Origin: Candidatus Sulfomarinibacteraceae bacterium | GTDB taxonomy: Bacteria; Acidobacteriota; Thermoanaerobaculia; Thermoanaerobaculales; Sulfomarinibacteraceae | DNA: 64,000 nt | Reading direction: 5' to 3' | Assembly (NCBI GenBank): GCA_963785275.1 | Contig: CAWAUY010000004.1 | Span: forward strand, 477,782-541,781 | Shown: piece by piece, positions 53,345 to 64,000 of the stretch | Layout: each line of letters begins with the position of its first letter | How positions within the stretch are numbered: the stretch's first letter is position 1 | Made by a program: the position numbers and the translations under genes | The notes under the pieces: generated by a model | The model's input: the letters and a program-made list of their open reading frames with translations, nothing else | Told to the model about the DNA's origin: nothing | Databases searched by the model: none

Positions 53345-54253
53345 CTACCCTCTTGCTCGTGCTCTGCGTCCGCTGCCTCGAGTGAAAGTCCGGATGAGGG
53401 GGATGACCTCCTCCGAAGCATCCTCGAGGATGTAGTGGCCGCAGTCGGGGAAGCGGTGGACCTCGGCGTGCGGGTAGATCGCGCTGCCACTCCTCGAGGA
53501 AGTGGTGGTCGAAGACGAAGTCCTTGTCGCCCCAACACACCAGCACCGGCTGGTCGCGGAACACGTCGAGCCGCGCCTCGGTGTCCGACACGATGTCGTA
53601 ACCGCGATCACCGGGCTTCAACGGGATGTCCTGAACGAAACGCAGGGTGGCGATGCGGTCGCCCCAACTGTCGTACGGGCGCGCAGTAGGCGTCCCGGAT
53701 CTCCTTCGGAGAGCTTCTTCTTCGTGACAGCGACACGGGAGGCGCCTCGGCTGAAGGCGTTGAGCCCTCGCACCATCAAGGGCCCGAGAGGCGTGTCGCG
53801 AACCATCCACAGCTGCCACGGGAAGGGCTTCGACTTCGGAAGGTGAAAAGCGGCGGTGTTGAGAATCACCAGCCGCTTGATCCGCTCGGGGTGTCGAACG
53901 GCCCAGGCGAGCCCGATCATGCCGCCCCAGTCGTGAACCACGAGGTTGATGTCCGAGAGCTCGAGTTCGTCCATCAGGCGGCCGAAGTCGTCGATCCTGC
54001 GCCGAAGCGTGTAGTCGTAACGATCGTCACCGGGTTTGTCGGAAAGACCGCACCCCATGTGGTCGGGCACCACCACCCTGTGGTCCGTCCGCAGGTCACG
54101 CACGAGATCGCGGTAGTAGAAGGACCAGGTCGGATTGCCGTGAACCGCAACCACGACCTCGCCCTGCCCCTCGTCGAGATAATGAAGCTTGAGCCCGTCG
54201 AGATCGAGCCAGTGCTCTCGAACGGGTAGAGGTTGTTCCGCTATTTCCCGCAT
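53345..54253 (-). CDS. oleB: OleB, alpha/beta-hydrolase (haloalkane-dehalogenase-like) beta-lactone decarboxylase; frameshifted
   Basis: LKLHYLDEGQGEVVVAVHGNPTWSFYYRDLV, NLVVHDWGGMIGLAWA (Asp nucleophile), IATLRFVQDIPLKPGDRGY and FPDCGHYILEDASEEV. Confidence 0.8.
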
Positions 54254-54285
54254 CTTTTCATCCAGCGATTCGCGGCAGCGAATCG

Positions 54286-55309
54286 CTACCAGACCAGCTC
54301 GGCCATGGTGCAGTTGATGCCGCTGCCGATGCCCAGGAGGGCCACCCTCTGTCCGCGCACCAACCGCCCGGTCTCCGCGAGCTTCGACAACGCGATGGGA
54401 ACCCCAGCCGGCCCGATATTGCCGAAATCCGGATAGAGACGGAAGATCTTCTCGAGGTCGATTCCGAGGATCCCCGCCAACTGTTCGGTGTGGACCTTGC
54501 TCACCTGATGGAGGACGAAGTGGTCGATGGTATCGACCGTCCAATCGAGCGCTCCGGTCGCCCGACCCCAGGTGCGGACCGCGAGTTCCATGCCGGCCAG
54601 CAGCAGCTCCTTGGTCTTGGTCACCATGCTGTCGATATTGCCGGCGCACAGGCGGCAGTGCTGGGTCGCGGCCAGGTTGACGCTGCCCTTGAAACGGTGG
54701 CCGTTCGGGTTCGAGGTCCGAGCGGCCGAGCACCATGGCGGCAGCGCCCGAACCCAGGGTCAACGACGCGAAATTCTCCCGAAATGTCGCCTCGTCGATG
54801 TCGGGGCCCTGGAGCCGCTCGACGGTGGCCTCGGTGATCTGGCGGCTCGTCTCACCGTTGACCAGGATGCCGTAGTCGATCTCACCGCGGTCGATCATGT
54901 TGCCGACCATGTCCATGCCGTTGACAAAACCCAGACACGCGTTGCCGAGGTCGAAGTTCATGCAGGTCTCGGGGAGCCCGAGCATCGAATGGGCGATGCA
55001 CGCGGTTGACGGCTCGAGATAGTCCCGGCACACCGACGTGTTGATGAGGATTCCCAGATCTTCGAGCGATCGACTCCCGCCGCTGCAATGGCCTTTTCGC
55101 CGGCCTCCGCGGCAACTTCGCTCGGCATGCGTGCCCTCGTCCCAAACCCGTCGTTCGATGATGCCGGAGAGCTCCCGAAGAAGGTTGCGCCGGATGCCCA
55201 GACCGCTCCATGGTCGGCGCCAGTGCTTCTTCGATCTCCTCGCGACGTGATGCGATGCGGGTGCGTCCACATGGGCAACGCTGAGAACTGACACGTTTTC
55301 GAAATTCAT
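54286..55309 (-). CDS. oleA: OleA, thiolase-fold (FabH-like) non-decarboxylative Claisen condensing enzyme; frameshifted
   Basis: MNFENVSVLSVAHVDAP, ILINTSVCRDYLEPSTACIAHSMLGLPETCMNFDLGNACLGFVNGM (the active-site Cys), GEIDYGILVNGE, FVLHQVSKVHT, FGNIGPAGVPIALSKL and LLGIGSGINCTMAELVW*. Confidence 0.85.
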
Positions 55310-55428
55310 GTCATTCTCCATCGACGCACGCTTGCCGGGCAGTACGCACCGGAAGCGGATCGCTTCAATCTCGCGGCGGTGAGGGTACCATTCCGAACCG
55401 CGGCATGAAAGGCGCGACGCGGCAAATA

Positions 55429-56769
55429 TCACGACTCTACACTTGAGATCGATCCAGATCCGGCTTCTCCAAACTGCCGCGAACACCAGGGCCTGGAGGC
55501 TTCGGTAGCGCGACCTGGGCGATCCACACGGCCGACATCCCGAAACCCAGCACCGGTCCGAGAAGATACGCCACAGGCAGAAACAGGACCCACTGCATCC
55601 CGATCGAGACCTGCATGACGAGATCGACTGGCGCCGGCGCCGAGGAGCGCGTTCAACAGAACCCCGCCGAGAGTCTCGAGCGTCATCGTGGCGCCGAGCA
55701 GGCGCAGCGGGAATCGCGCGAGAGCGATCGTGTGCTCGTCGTGGAGAAACAGACCGAGCAGGAGATCCGGAAACACCAGACCCACCAGCGCCCCGCCGCC
55801 GACCAACACCATGGCGAGCCTGCTCACATCCCACCCCCAGGCGAACGGCGTCGTCGCGGTCTCCCCTGCCGAGGGCCTGGCCGACCAGCGATGCCGCCGC
55901 GAATCCGAACCCGACACCCGGGAAGAATGGCCACCAGCAGAAGCTGGACCAGCACGTTCGACGCGGCGAGCTCGGGGGTTCCGATGCGGCCGATGATCCA
56001 GAAGAAGGCGGTCATCCCGGCGGCAAAGAAAAAGCTCTGCAGCCCGGCCGGGATCGAAAGCTTCAACATCGATGTCATCGTCGACCGATCGACAAAACTG
56101 CGCAGGAAGCCGAGCGCCCTCGGCGTGCCGCAGCGCGAGCCCGATGTAGATGGCGGTCCCGATGTAGGTCGAGATGGTGGTGCCGATCCCGGCACCGGCG
56201 GCGCCCAGAGCGGGCAGACCCGAGATGCCCGAAGATCAGCACCCAGTTGAGGAAGACGTTGCAGACGTGCATGACGACCAGGGTCTGGAGATAGCGTCGC
56301 GACTGGCTGATGCCGTTCCAGAACCCGCGAAAGGCGAAGTTCATCCCGATCGCCGTCATACCCACCAGCCGCGCCTGGAAATAGGGAACTCCCGAGAGCC
56401 ACAACTTCGGGGTCCTCCACCAGCAACGGGTAGAGCCGGTCGGCAAAGCCGAAGAGAAGCAACGACCAGGGCACGCCTACCACAAGCGCGATCAGGAGAC
56501 CCGCATTCAGAGGTGAGGCCGTCTCCCTCACTCGGCCCTCGCCAAGACGTCGTGCGGCAATTGCCTGCACGCCGGCAGACAGATCCCATGATGAAAGCCA
56601 TCGCCATGAAGTTGGCGAAGCTCCCCATCCCCACCGCCGCCAATGCGGACGGGCCGAGAGTGCCCACCATCGCGGTGTCAACCAGATTGAGCACGTTCTG
56701 CGAAACCATGCCGCCGATGATCGGCAGCGCCAGCGTCAAGATTGTCCAGATTCGTTGGCGATCGAGCAC
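55429..56769 (-). CDS. MATE family efflux transporter; many frameshifts, 3' end uncertain
   Basis: [95 protein letters not shown] and [27 protein letters not shown]. Confidence 0.75.
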
Positions 56770-56893
56770 GCGCCCCCTCTCGAATCGGCGAGCAGCATAC
56801 GACGCCTCGGTCTCGAATCCGATCAGCTGGACGCCGGCGCGGCCGGTGTGTCACCATGATGGAGAACCCCGATCACAATCCCAAGGAGGAACC

Positions 56894-57693
56894 ATGACCG
56901 ACCTTCAGAAAATCATCAGTGGATCGACCCTCGCACTCCTCATGGCCGCCACCTCGGTCATTGCCGGAGATCGACAACACATCAAACGAGGCCGAGGAAG
57001 TGGCCAACGCCGCCATCGCCCAGCTCGCGGGATGGCAGACCCAGGCGGCCCGAAAAACACTGCAATCGAAGAAGAAGAAGTACGGCTCCGACTCCCGAGT
57101 TCAAGACTGCGTGGGCGCTGCTCGAGGCCCAGGAGGCCGGCTGAAGCCGGTAAGGGCTACACGGCCGCCAGCTACCAAAGACATTTCGCAGATGGCAAAA
57201 GCCGAGAAGGCCGACCCCGTGGCCTCGTACTGGGAAGGCGAGCTCTCTCTACCTCCAGGGCAAAAACAAGGAGGCGCTCTGCGGCCTGGCAGACGACGTC
57301 CACGCGGGCGCAGAAGATCGTCAAGACGGACCCGACCGACGCCACCGCCCAGTTCTATCTCGGTGCGGCTCTGGTCCGGCAGAAGAAGTACGACCCCGCC
57401 CTCACAGCCCTTCGGCTCGCCGTCCGCGGCGGATTCGACGAGGCGATGGTGAACCAGCAGATCGGCTTCATCTACCTCTTCCAGCAGAAGTGGAAGGAGG
57501 CCAAGGAGGCTTTCGATGTCGGCCTCAGCGTCGATCCCCGTTTCGCCCCATGTATTACTGGCGGCGCATGGCATGGGACAAGCTCGGCCGGAAGGACAAC
57601 TTCATGCTCGATCTTGACCAGTACGTCAAGCTCGCTCCCAACGGCCCCGAAGCCGGCAAGGCGAAGGCGGTCCTGAAATCAGCCGGAGGCTGA
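56894..57693 (+). CDS. TPR-like repeat protein with N-terminal signal; frameshifted
   Basis: aaggagga RBS. MTDLQKIISGSTLALLMAATSVIAG is the signal. DPTDATAQFYLGAALVRQKKYDPALTALRLAV and IGFIYLFQQKWKEAKEAFDVGLSVDPRFAP are TPR-like. It ends DLDQYVKLAPNGPEAGKAKAVLKSAGG*. Confidence 0.55.
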
Positions 57694-57702
57694 CGCGACG
57701 AT

Positions 57703-57730
57703 TCTGGAATCTGGATGCTTGATGCTTGAT
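57703..57730. repeat. period-7 microsatellite (TCTGGAA TCTGGAT GCTTGAT GCTTGAT)
   Basis: Read directly. It starts 10 nt after the stop at 57691-57693. Confidence 0.7.
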
Positions 57731-57819
57731 GAAGCAGAACACCTCTTCGTACCACGCGGACCGTGACCGATCCGAGGTCAGATCCGGACACTCTAGACGG
57801 GATCGAGCAGTTCCCGATG

Positions 57820-57943
57820 CGAAAACGAGCGGTTTTCGTGCAAGGTCTAGGAGATCAAGGATTTGCGCGGAGGCGTACTTCTGTACGCCGCACAAGGGAA
57901 TCCGAAGATCGACGCCGAGATTGCCGAAAAGCGCCGTTTTCGG
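57820..57943. terminator. three hairpins in a convergent spacer
   Basis: cgaaaac-gagcg-gttttcg (57820-57838), ggcgtac-ttct-gtacgcc (57872-57889) and ccgaaaa-gcgcc-gttttcgg (57924-57943). The first and third are related sequences. Confidence 0.5.
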
Positions 57944-57954
57944 ACGGGAACGAG

Positions 57955-60106
57955 CTAGAACGGTCGCCCTATCCCAAGATAGAACTTCATTTTCTTCGAG
58001 CTGATGCCGACGTTGGCCACCGGCCACGCGACGTCCGCCCACAGCGGCCCGATCGGCGTCGACCACCGCAGCCCGACGCCGGCACCCACGGACAGACTCG
58101 AGATCAGCATCGCGCCAGCTCGGCCACACCTGGCCGATGTCGGTGAAAACTGCGAATCGAAGTGCGCCCCAGACCGGGATCCGCAATTCTTCGTTGAGGA
58201 TGAACAAGCGCTCCACCACCCGCAGGCACCAGCGTCCCTCGAATCCGAAGGTCACCGGCCCGACGCTGTTGAGGTCGAAGCCGCGGATCGAGGCCTGGCC
58301 TCCCGCAAAGAAACGCGCCTCCGGAATCGAGATTCTCACCCTTGAGGGGTTCGGCGACGCCGCCCGGGCGGTCTGCAGCCACGTCGCGCCCTGAAAACGG
58401 CGTCCAGAGCGAGGGTGAAGTTGGTCAACCAGCTGACGTAGTTGAAATCCGAGCCGAAGGCGTCGGCGCTCCAGCCGAGATCCGAGGTGAGACCGTAGCC
58501 CCTGCGAGGATCGAAGAGATTGTCGAAGCTGTCGACGACGGTACGAACGCCGATCGTCCCGAGTTTGACTCGGATGTCGAACGGGAAGGGATTGAACGGG
58601 TCCGGCTCCTTCTCAAACGTGTGGGTGTCGGTCCACCGGTAGTACACGCCGGCCTGGACCTATCGGTCAGGGCGTACGAGGCCTCGAGAGAGGCGAGTTT
58701 CTCCTCCTGGGTCAGCAGATCCGGCTGGTCCGGCGCATCGCCGCTGCCGTAGCCGACGGTCGAGATGAGCGACAGCGCGGCCACCCGGCACCGGTGGCAG
58801 CGATCCGATCAGGAAGAGCTTCTGTTCGGTCGAGCCCCACCCGCCCCGAAGATTGAGCCCCACTCCCCTGCCGAAGAGATTGTCGTCCCGGAGTCCAAAG
58901 CTCGCCGAAACGCCCCGTTCGGTGCTCCAGCCCCCTCCGACCTCGGCGGCCCAGCGGTCTTTCTCCACGACGTCGAACTCGACATCGACCTCCGAGGCCC
59001 CGACATCGCGGGTCCGCACCTCGACCCGTTCGATCGGCGAGAAGTTGGCGATCTGGAGGCCGACCGATCGAGAGCCGGATCGGTGAGAACCTCGCCGTCC
59101 TCGCGCCTTGAGCCCCTTGTCGAGAACCTTCGTGCTGGCGTGCCTCACGCCGGCGTACTCGACCTTTCGCAAACGCCGCTGCGGCCCGGCTCGAGTTCGA
59201 CCTCGACAACCCAGCGCCCGTCGACCTGGCGAATGCTCATTTCGCGCCGTCGCCTCGCGGTAGCCCGCCTCGATGTAGGCGTTCCTCAAGTCGCGGGTCG
59301 CGAAATCGAGACGACTCGCGATCCAGCGGTTGTCCGGCTCGAACCCCGAAGGTCTCCTGTGTTTGCAAGCCCCAGAGGATCACTCCCGACAAGCACAACT
59401 TCATCAATCGTCTGCCGTGGACCGGAGTTCACCTAAATGCGAACTTCGGCCGAGGTCTCGGTCAGGCGCACGACCCCGAAGGAGAGAACCTGCGCATCGA
59501 AATACCCGAAGAGCTCGAGTCGTTGCGTCGATTGTTCGGTCAAGCCGCCTCCGGCCGGCTCGCCATCGCCGCGACACATTGGCGGAGCCGAGCTGCGGCG
59601 CGATCTGCGACAATGTCGGGAGGAAGACCCTCGATGAACGGGCCCTGCACTTCGTCTCGGCTCCGCGGTCGACACTGACGACGATCAGATCGCCGGCCTA
59701 CGGTCAGCGGTCACCTCGGCGTCCGGGATGGCCCTCCAGCGCGAGATAGCGGGTGACCAACGAGTCATCGCCTCGAGCGACGCTTCTCGAGCGGCGGCGG
59801 CTGGTACATGGACGTCACCTCAGAGCGAACGTGCCTCGGGAGTGGTTCGCCCTCGAACTGGACGAACTGCGGCTCTCCGGGATCGCAGTAGAACACCAGG
59901 GTCGGCGAACGTTCGTCACCGTCTTGAAATGCGGTCACCCGCGCATTCTGGTACCCGTTGTCGGCCATGGCTCGTTCCATGCGAACCGACGCTACAAAGA
60001 GAAGGAACGGATCGAACGGTTGCCCTCGCCGCAGCCGCGTCGCCTTCTTGAGTTGGCGTTTGGACATGGGCCAGTCGCCTTCGAGCTTGAGGCGGTGGAT
60101 TTCGGG
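57955..60106 (-). CDS. Omp85 family module (POTRA repeats plus Bac_surface_Ag beta-barrel), in frame with the upstream TamB-like sequence; many frameshifts
   Basis: POTRA 1 reads IHRLKLEGDWPMSKRQLKKATRLRRGQPFDPFLLFVASVRMERAMADNGYQNARVTAF. Further segments are LVTRYLALEGHPDAEV, LELFGYFDAQV and DLRNAYIEAGYREA. The barrel reads WAAEVGGGWSTERGVSASFGLRDDNLFGRG, RFFAGGQASIRGF and GAGVGLRWSTPIGPLWADVAWPV..KFYLGIGRPF*. I see no signal peptide or plausible start of its own. Confidence 0.75.
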
Positions 60107-63100
60107 GCGGTCGAGAGACGCCGCCGTGCCTCCCCAGCTGAATCGTTGGAAAATCGCGGCGCCGACGTTGTCGTCGACGGTCTCCTGATAGACCTGCGGC
60201 GACCAATCCGCGAAGACCGCGGAAATTCCAACCCTGGAGCATCGTCATTCGGTCCTGTACATCGGTCAGGTTGGCGGAGAGGAACAGGGCCAGGTTGCGG
60301 TTGAGCCGTTGACCGACCATGAAGTTCACGCTCGGGTCGCGTTCGATCTGACCGGCGATATCGGCCGGTCTCAGAGTCTCGTTCTCGAAGCCGAGCACGC
60401 TGCTGAGACCCTGGGCCAGACCGCGGGTGGCCATCAGAGTCGGATCGACCCTGGGTCCCCTTCCTCTCCTCCGACCAGCGTCATGTCGGACTCCGGGCAC
60501 GATTTCGACGATGGGATCGACCGCCGGATCGCCAGTGAACTCAAAAGTCCCCCGCCGCACCTTGATCTCCCGACCCCCGAGACCGATGACCCCACCCGGC
60601 GCGATCCGCACCGATACCGTGGATGCGGGGCTCCGCCGCGCTGCCGTCGACTCGCAGGACGTCCCAGTCACATCGAAGCGACCGAGGTTGTTGTCGACCT
60701 TGACGCCCGATCGTCCGCGCACGCTGATATCGAGGCTGATGTCGTGGAGCGGGTCGTCGGCGGCCAAGCTCGATGTCGTCGCCGCCCGAGCAACGCCGAA
60801 GTGAGATCGAATGTCTCGTCCCAGAGCCCCGCCATCAGGGTCAGATCGCCAGCAACGTGCGCCAGCTACGTCTGGTCCTCGGTTCGACGACCAGGTCGCC
60901 GTCCCATTTGGTGAGAGTGCCCTCGAAGAACAGCGTCACGTCGTCGATTTCGAAAACGAGGCCCTGGCCGGACTTCGGGTCCCAGCCGCCGCCGAGGAGC
61001 ACCGTGTCCCCGGTTGACCTCGGCCGAACCGTCGAGAATGTCGACGCTGCCGTCCTGCACGCCTGGCCGCAATCTTGAGCCCCCGTATTTCGACCGGTGG
61101 ATCGCGCATGACAATGGCGCCATCTCCGTGATCCAGCGTCAAACGTCCCGGTGGCGGATTCCAACGACAGGTCGTCGGACACCGGCAGGTGGAGATCGCC
61201 GTCGACGGTGAACGGTCCGCGAACGCTGAAGGGCAGTCTGCAGCAGCCGCGCAAGGTCCTCGTTGACGACCGAGCGTCCAGACCGCATGGACGCGTCTCT
61301 CGCAGGGTCGTACGAGGCCTCGACCTCGATTCGGCTGTCGAAACCGACAAGGGCACCGGTTGGACCTGGACCTGCTACGACCGTCGACAGTGACGGTCAC
61401 CGGACCATCGGCAACAAGTTCGCCGGTCGGGTGGGCGACACGCAGACCAATCGCCGAGACCTTCAACTGCGGCAGGTCCGGCGTCAACGGGTTCCACTCG
61501 ATGTCAGCGTTGATATCGGCCGCGATCTCGGTGCCCAGGGTATCGATCGCCAGCATTTCAGCGACCGGTCCGAAAACAAATTCGTTCGCCTGCAAAATGT
61601 GCCGGTCACCGATCCGCCCTCAGCGTCGGGCCACAACCACGACGGTCGTTCGATGTCTCTCAGGGGCACCTCGGCCCGGGCGGAGATCGAACCCGCGCGG
61701 GTCGAGGTGTCCTGGATCACGGCCCGCACGACGCCATCCGCCAGGTTGAGATCCAACTGCAGCCGGTCCGCAACCGGGTGCGATCCTTCGGTCTCCCACA
61801 CAACGGAAAGATCTCCCTCGGGACGGCTCACGGTGCCGCCGATCACGGCCTGACCCGACACCCGGCCCGCAGCTGAATCCGGCACGACGACCGGGAGGGC
61901 AGCGAGATCGAGCCCGCTCCACGACAACTGGCCTTCGATAGGGGCGTCCAGATCCGTCAACGGCGCACGGGCGCTGCCCGCGACGACACCGCCGAATATT
62001 TCAGCCTGGAGGTTTTTGACAGACATTTGACCCGGATCGACGGCGAACTCGGTGACCAGGTGGGGTACGGTGAGGAGGTCAGACCCGACGCCACGTCCCT
62101 CGACCCGACCGCCGACGTGAAAGTCACTTTGCGACCACGCCAGCGAACCGGATCCGTCGAGGCCTCCTGCCACGGTCGACCCCAATATCCGGCGTGAGGA
62201 TCTCGACCATCCGCGCAAGATCGGAAATCGCAAATTCCCAATCGCCCTCAATGCTCCCGGTACGAGGATCGACCATCCCACGCGCCTCGAACGCCGAGTC
62301 GTCTTCAACCTCGACCCGGGTCAGCCATTGCAGGCCCTCGAGCCCCCCAATTCCGCTCACCGAAATGCTGTGGAGCTCGCGACCGGCGACCATCGGGCGG
62401 ATCCACGTCAAATCAGCATCCACCGCCGGCTCGTCGATCGAGCCCTCGATGCGCAGCGTGCCTTCGATCGGCCCGCCACCCACCTCCGGCAGTTCTGCAT
62501 CGGGAAACCAGGACCGGAGGTGGGCCGCTCCAACCGCCGGGTCGGCCACCGCGATTTCGGCATCGGCGCGGACGATCCTGTCGGGACGGATGCTGCCGGT
62601 CGCGGTGGCGGTCACACCCGCGATCTGCGCCTCCATGCGGGAGATCCGCCAGTCGCTGCCGACGCCGGCGCCTCGGACGGCCATCCGGCCGTCGGACCAC
62701 GAACAACCAGATCGATATCGCCGGCGAGCGTGTTCAGATCGACAGGAAACGAAAATGTGCCGTCGACGCGGCCCGTCACGGTCGTCGGTCCTTGAACGGC
62801 ATCGGCGACCTGCGGAGCCATGAATGCCAGCAACCGATCAACCGGCGCGCGCTCGAGGTCGGCCGAAACAGTCGTCACACCCGCCTCGTCGACCGACACC
62901 TCGGCACCACCCCACCCCGGGCCCGCCACCCGAACGATCGGCCCCGTTCCGGTAGAGGACAACTCAAGGGTTTCGAAATCGTAGCCCGCCAGCGACATCG
63001 GAGCGCCACGATGCTCGAGATCGACCTGCCACCCTCCCATCGGCAACGAGTCCAATATTGCCAACCAGCCGGGCGCGCCCCTCGGGTGCGAGGCCAGTCA

Positions 63101-63881
63101 CCAGATTGGGGTCCCACCATGCGGCCACCGACGGCAGGTCGGCCTCGATCTCTGTCTCGAATCGGCCTGCCATTTCGGGCGACGCCGCCACCCGGCCGAC
63201 AGCCGAAAGGCCTGCAGCCCCGCCCCTGATGTCGAGATTCTGAACGACCACGCCTTCCGCCGAGGCTTCCACCTCCAGGGTCAGCGGTCCGAATACCAAT
63301 TCACGCTCCAACCGATTGAGCACCAGACGCCCGGCCTCGACCGCCGCAGCTGCCGACCGGCCGACCAACTGTGCCTGCATCGATACCTCAGCGAGCACCA
63401 CACGAACATCCGCCGCGCCTCCCGACGCGCTGCCTCCCGAGACCTCGAGCGAACCGATCTCGAGCAGGCCCCAGAGATCGATCTCTGAAGGAGTGTCCGA
63501 TTCGCTCCCAGTGGGCGGCAGAGCGTCGCCGAAAAAAACCGGCGTGCGGACGGCGATATTTTCGATGCGACGCGGCCGGGTCGCGAGCCCTCTCCACGTC
63601 CAATCGGCGCGAATCTCTTCCACCGTGAGGAGCGTCTTCCCCTCCATGCTGACCGTCAGGGTCCGCAATACCAGGCTGGCGGGGAGGGGGCGCAGCCTGA
63701 CGTCTCCAGCTTCGATTCTGACGCCGCTCGATTCTTCAAGAGTCGCCGTCACCGCCTGCCACACCCGACGCTGAAGCCGCGGGCTGTGGACAGCGATAAC
63801 TGCGGAAGCGATCAGAACCGCGACCAAACCAGAGAGCGCCAGGACAAGCTTCCGTCTTTTTGTCACCTCCGCAGTGTACAT
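60107..63881 (-). CDS. TamB/AsmA-like translocation-and-assembly-module protein (DUF490 C-terminus); many frameshifts
   Basis: MYTAEVTKRRKLVLALSGLVAVLIASAVIAVHSPRLQRRVW is the signal anchor. It is followed by repetitive beta-rich sequence: VRIEAGDVRLRPLPASLVLRTLTV, DISLDISVRGRSGVKVDNNLGRFDVTG and IKVRRGTFEFTGDPAVDPIVEIV. The DUF490-like end is FMVGQRLNRNLALFLSANLTDVQDRMTMLQ..AIFQRFSW. Confidence 0.75.
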
Positions 63882-64000
63882 CCAGCCGGTTTCCGTCGGT
63901 CCCCATCCGAGAACGATTTCGGCCCGTCGTCGGTGAGGGTCCTATCGTGCAGTCCCCGAACGATTTGCAGTTGACACTCGGCGGGGGGTTGCATACGCTT

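Noticed and set aside
53618-55834. A 738-aa minus-strand ORF that looks like one giant protein
   Set aside because: It is a read-through artefact. Its translation is the MATE C-terminus, then out-of-frame spacer, then OleA (MNFENVSV...), then the OleB N-terminus (MREIAEQPLPV...HGNPTWSFYYR). The OleA C-terminus with its own stop (…CTMAELVW*, 54286) lies in another frame.

Overview
GC-rich chromosomal segment from a diderm bacterium, shown by TonB-dependent receptors, an Omp85 barrel and a TamB-like protein. I call about 50 protein genes and find no rRNA, tRNA, CRISPR array, transposase, integrase or phage gene. Left to right: gloB-grx-amidotransferase; an unknown-domain/CPBP membrane protein; an S9 peptidase; an Oar-like TonB receptor followed by two CadC-type winged-helix regulators, one fused to FHA; a wax-ester synthase; ogt; a three-subunit molybdopterin oxidoreductase; an AI-2E permease; a C-N hydrolase; a PlsC-like acyltransferase; a second, inverted Oar-like TonB receptor; a secreted M4 metalloprotease with an inserted PA domain; an orphan receiver protein; a DUF1570-like/TPR protein; a receiver-like/PilZ protein; an ABC-2 exporter; a subunit3-like/GMC oxidoreductase/ThDP-enzyme operon; sucA-sucB-lpdA; qor; a DapA-family aldolase; pfkA; mdh; a complete oleABCD olefin (head-to-head hydrocarbon) cluster with a tightly linked repeat protein and a MATE exporter; and a TamB-like gene that runs without a stop into an Omp85 POTRA+barrel module. 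The main caveat is that most genes beyond about 13.5 kb are split over two or three reading frames, up to about one frame change per 160 bp. Roughly 1-13.4 kb and 26.2-29.3 kb are nearly clean. I reconstructed genes by following recognisable protein sequence across frames, so many ends are approximate and frameshifted genes are listed as CDS rather than pseudogenes. Intergenic spacers carry two families of structured interspersed repeats with compensatory stem changes, plus period-7/8 microsatellites abutting stop codons. The most interesting items are the apparent TamB-Omp85 single-chain fusion, the ole cluster with its linked 19-residue-repeat membrane protein, the uneven indel load, and an mdh with a 5-residue insertion in the catalytic loop.
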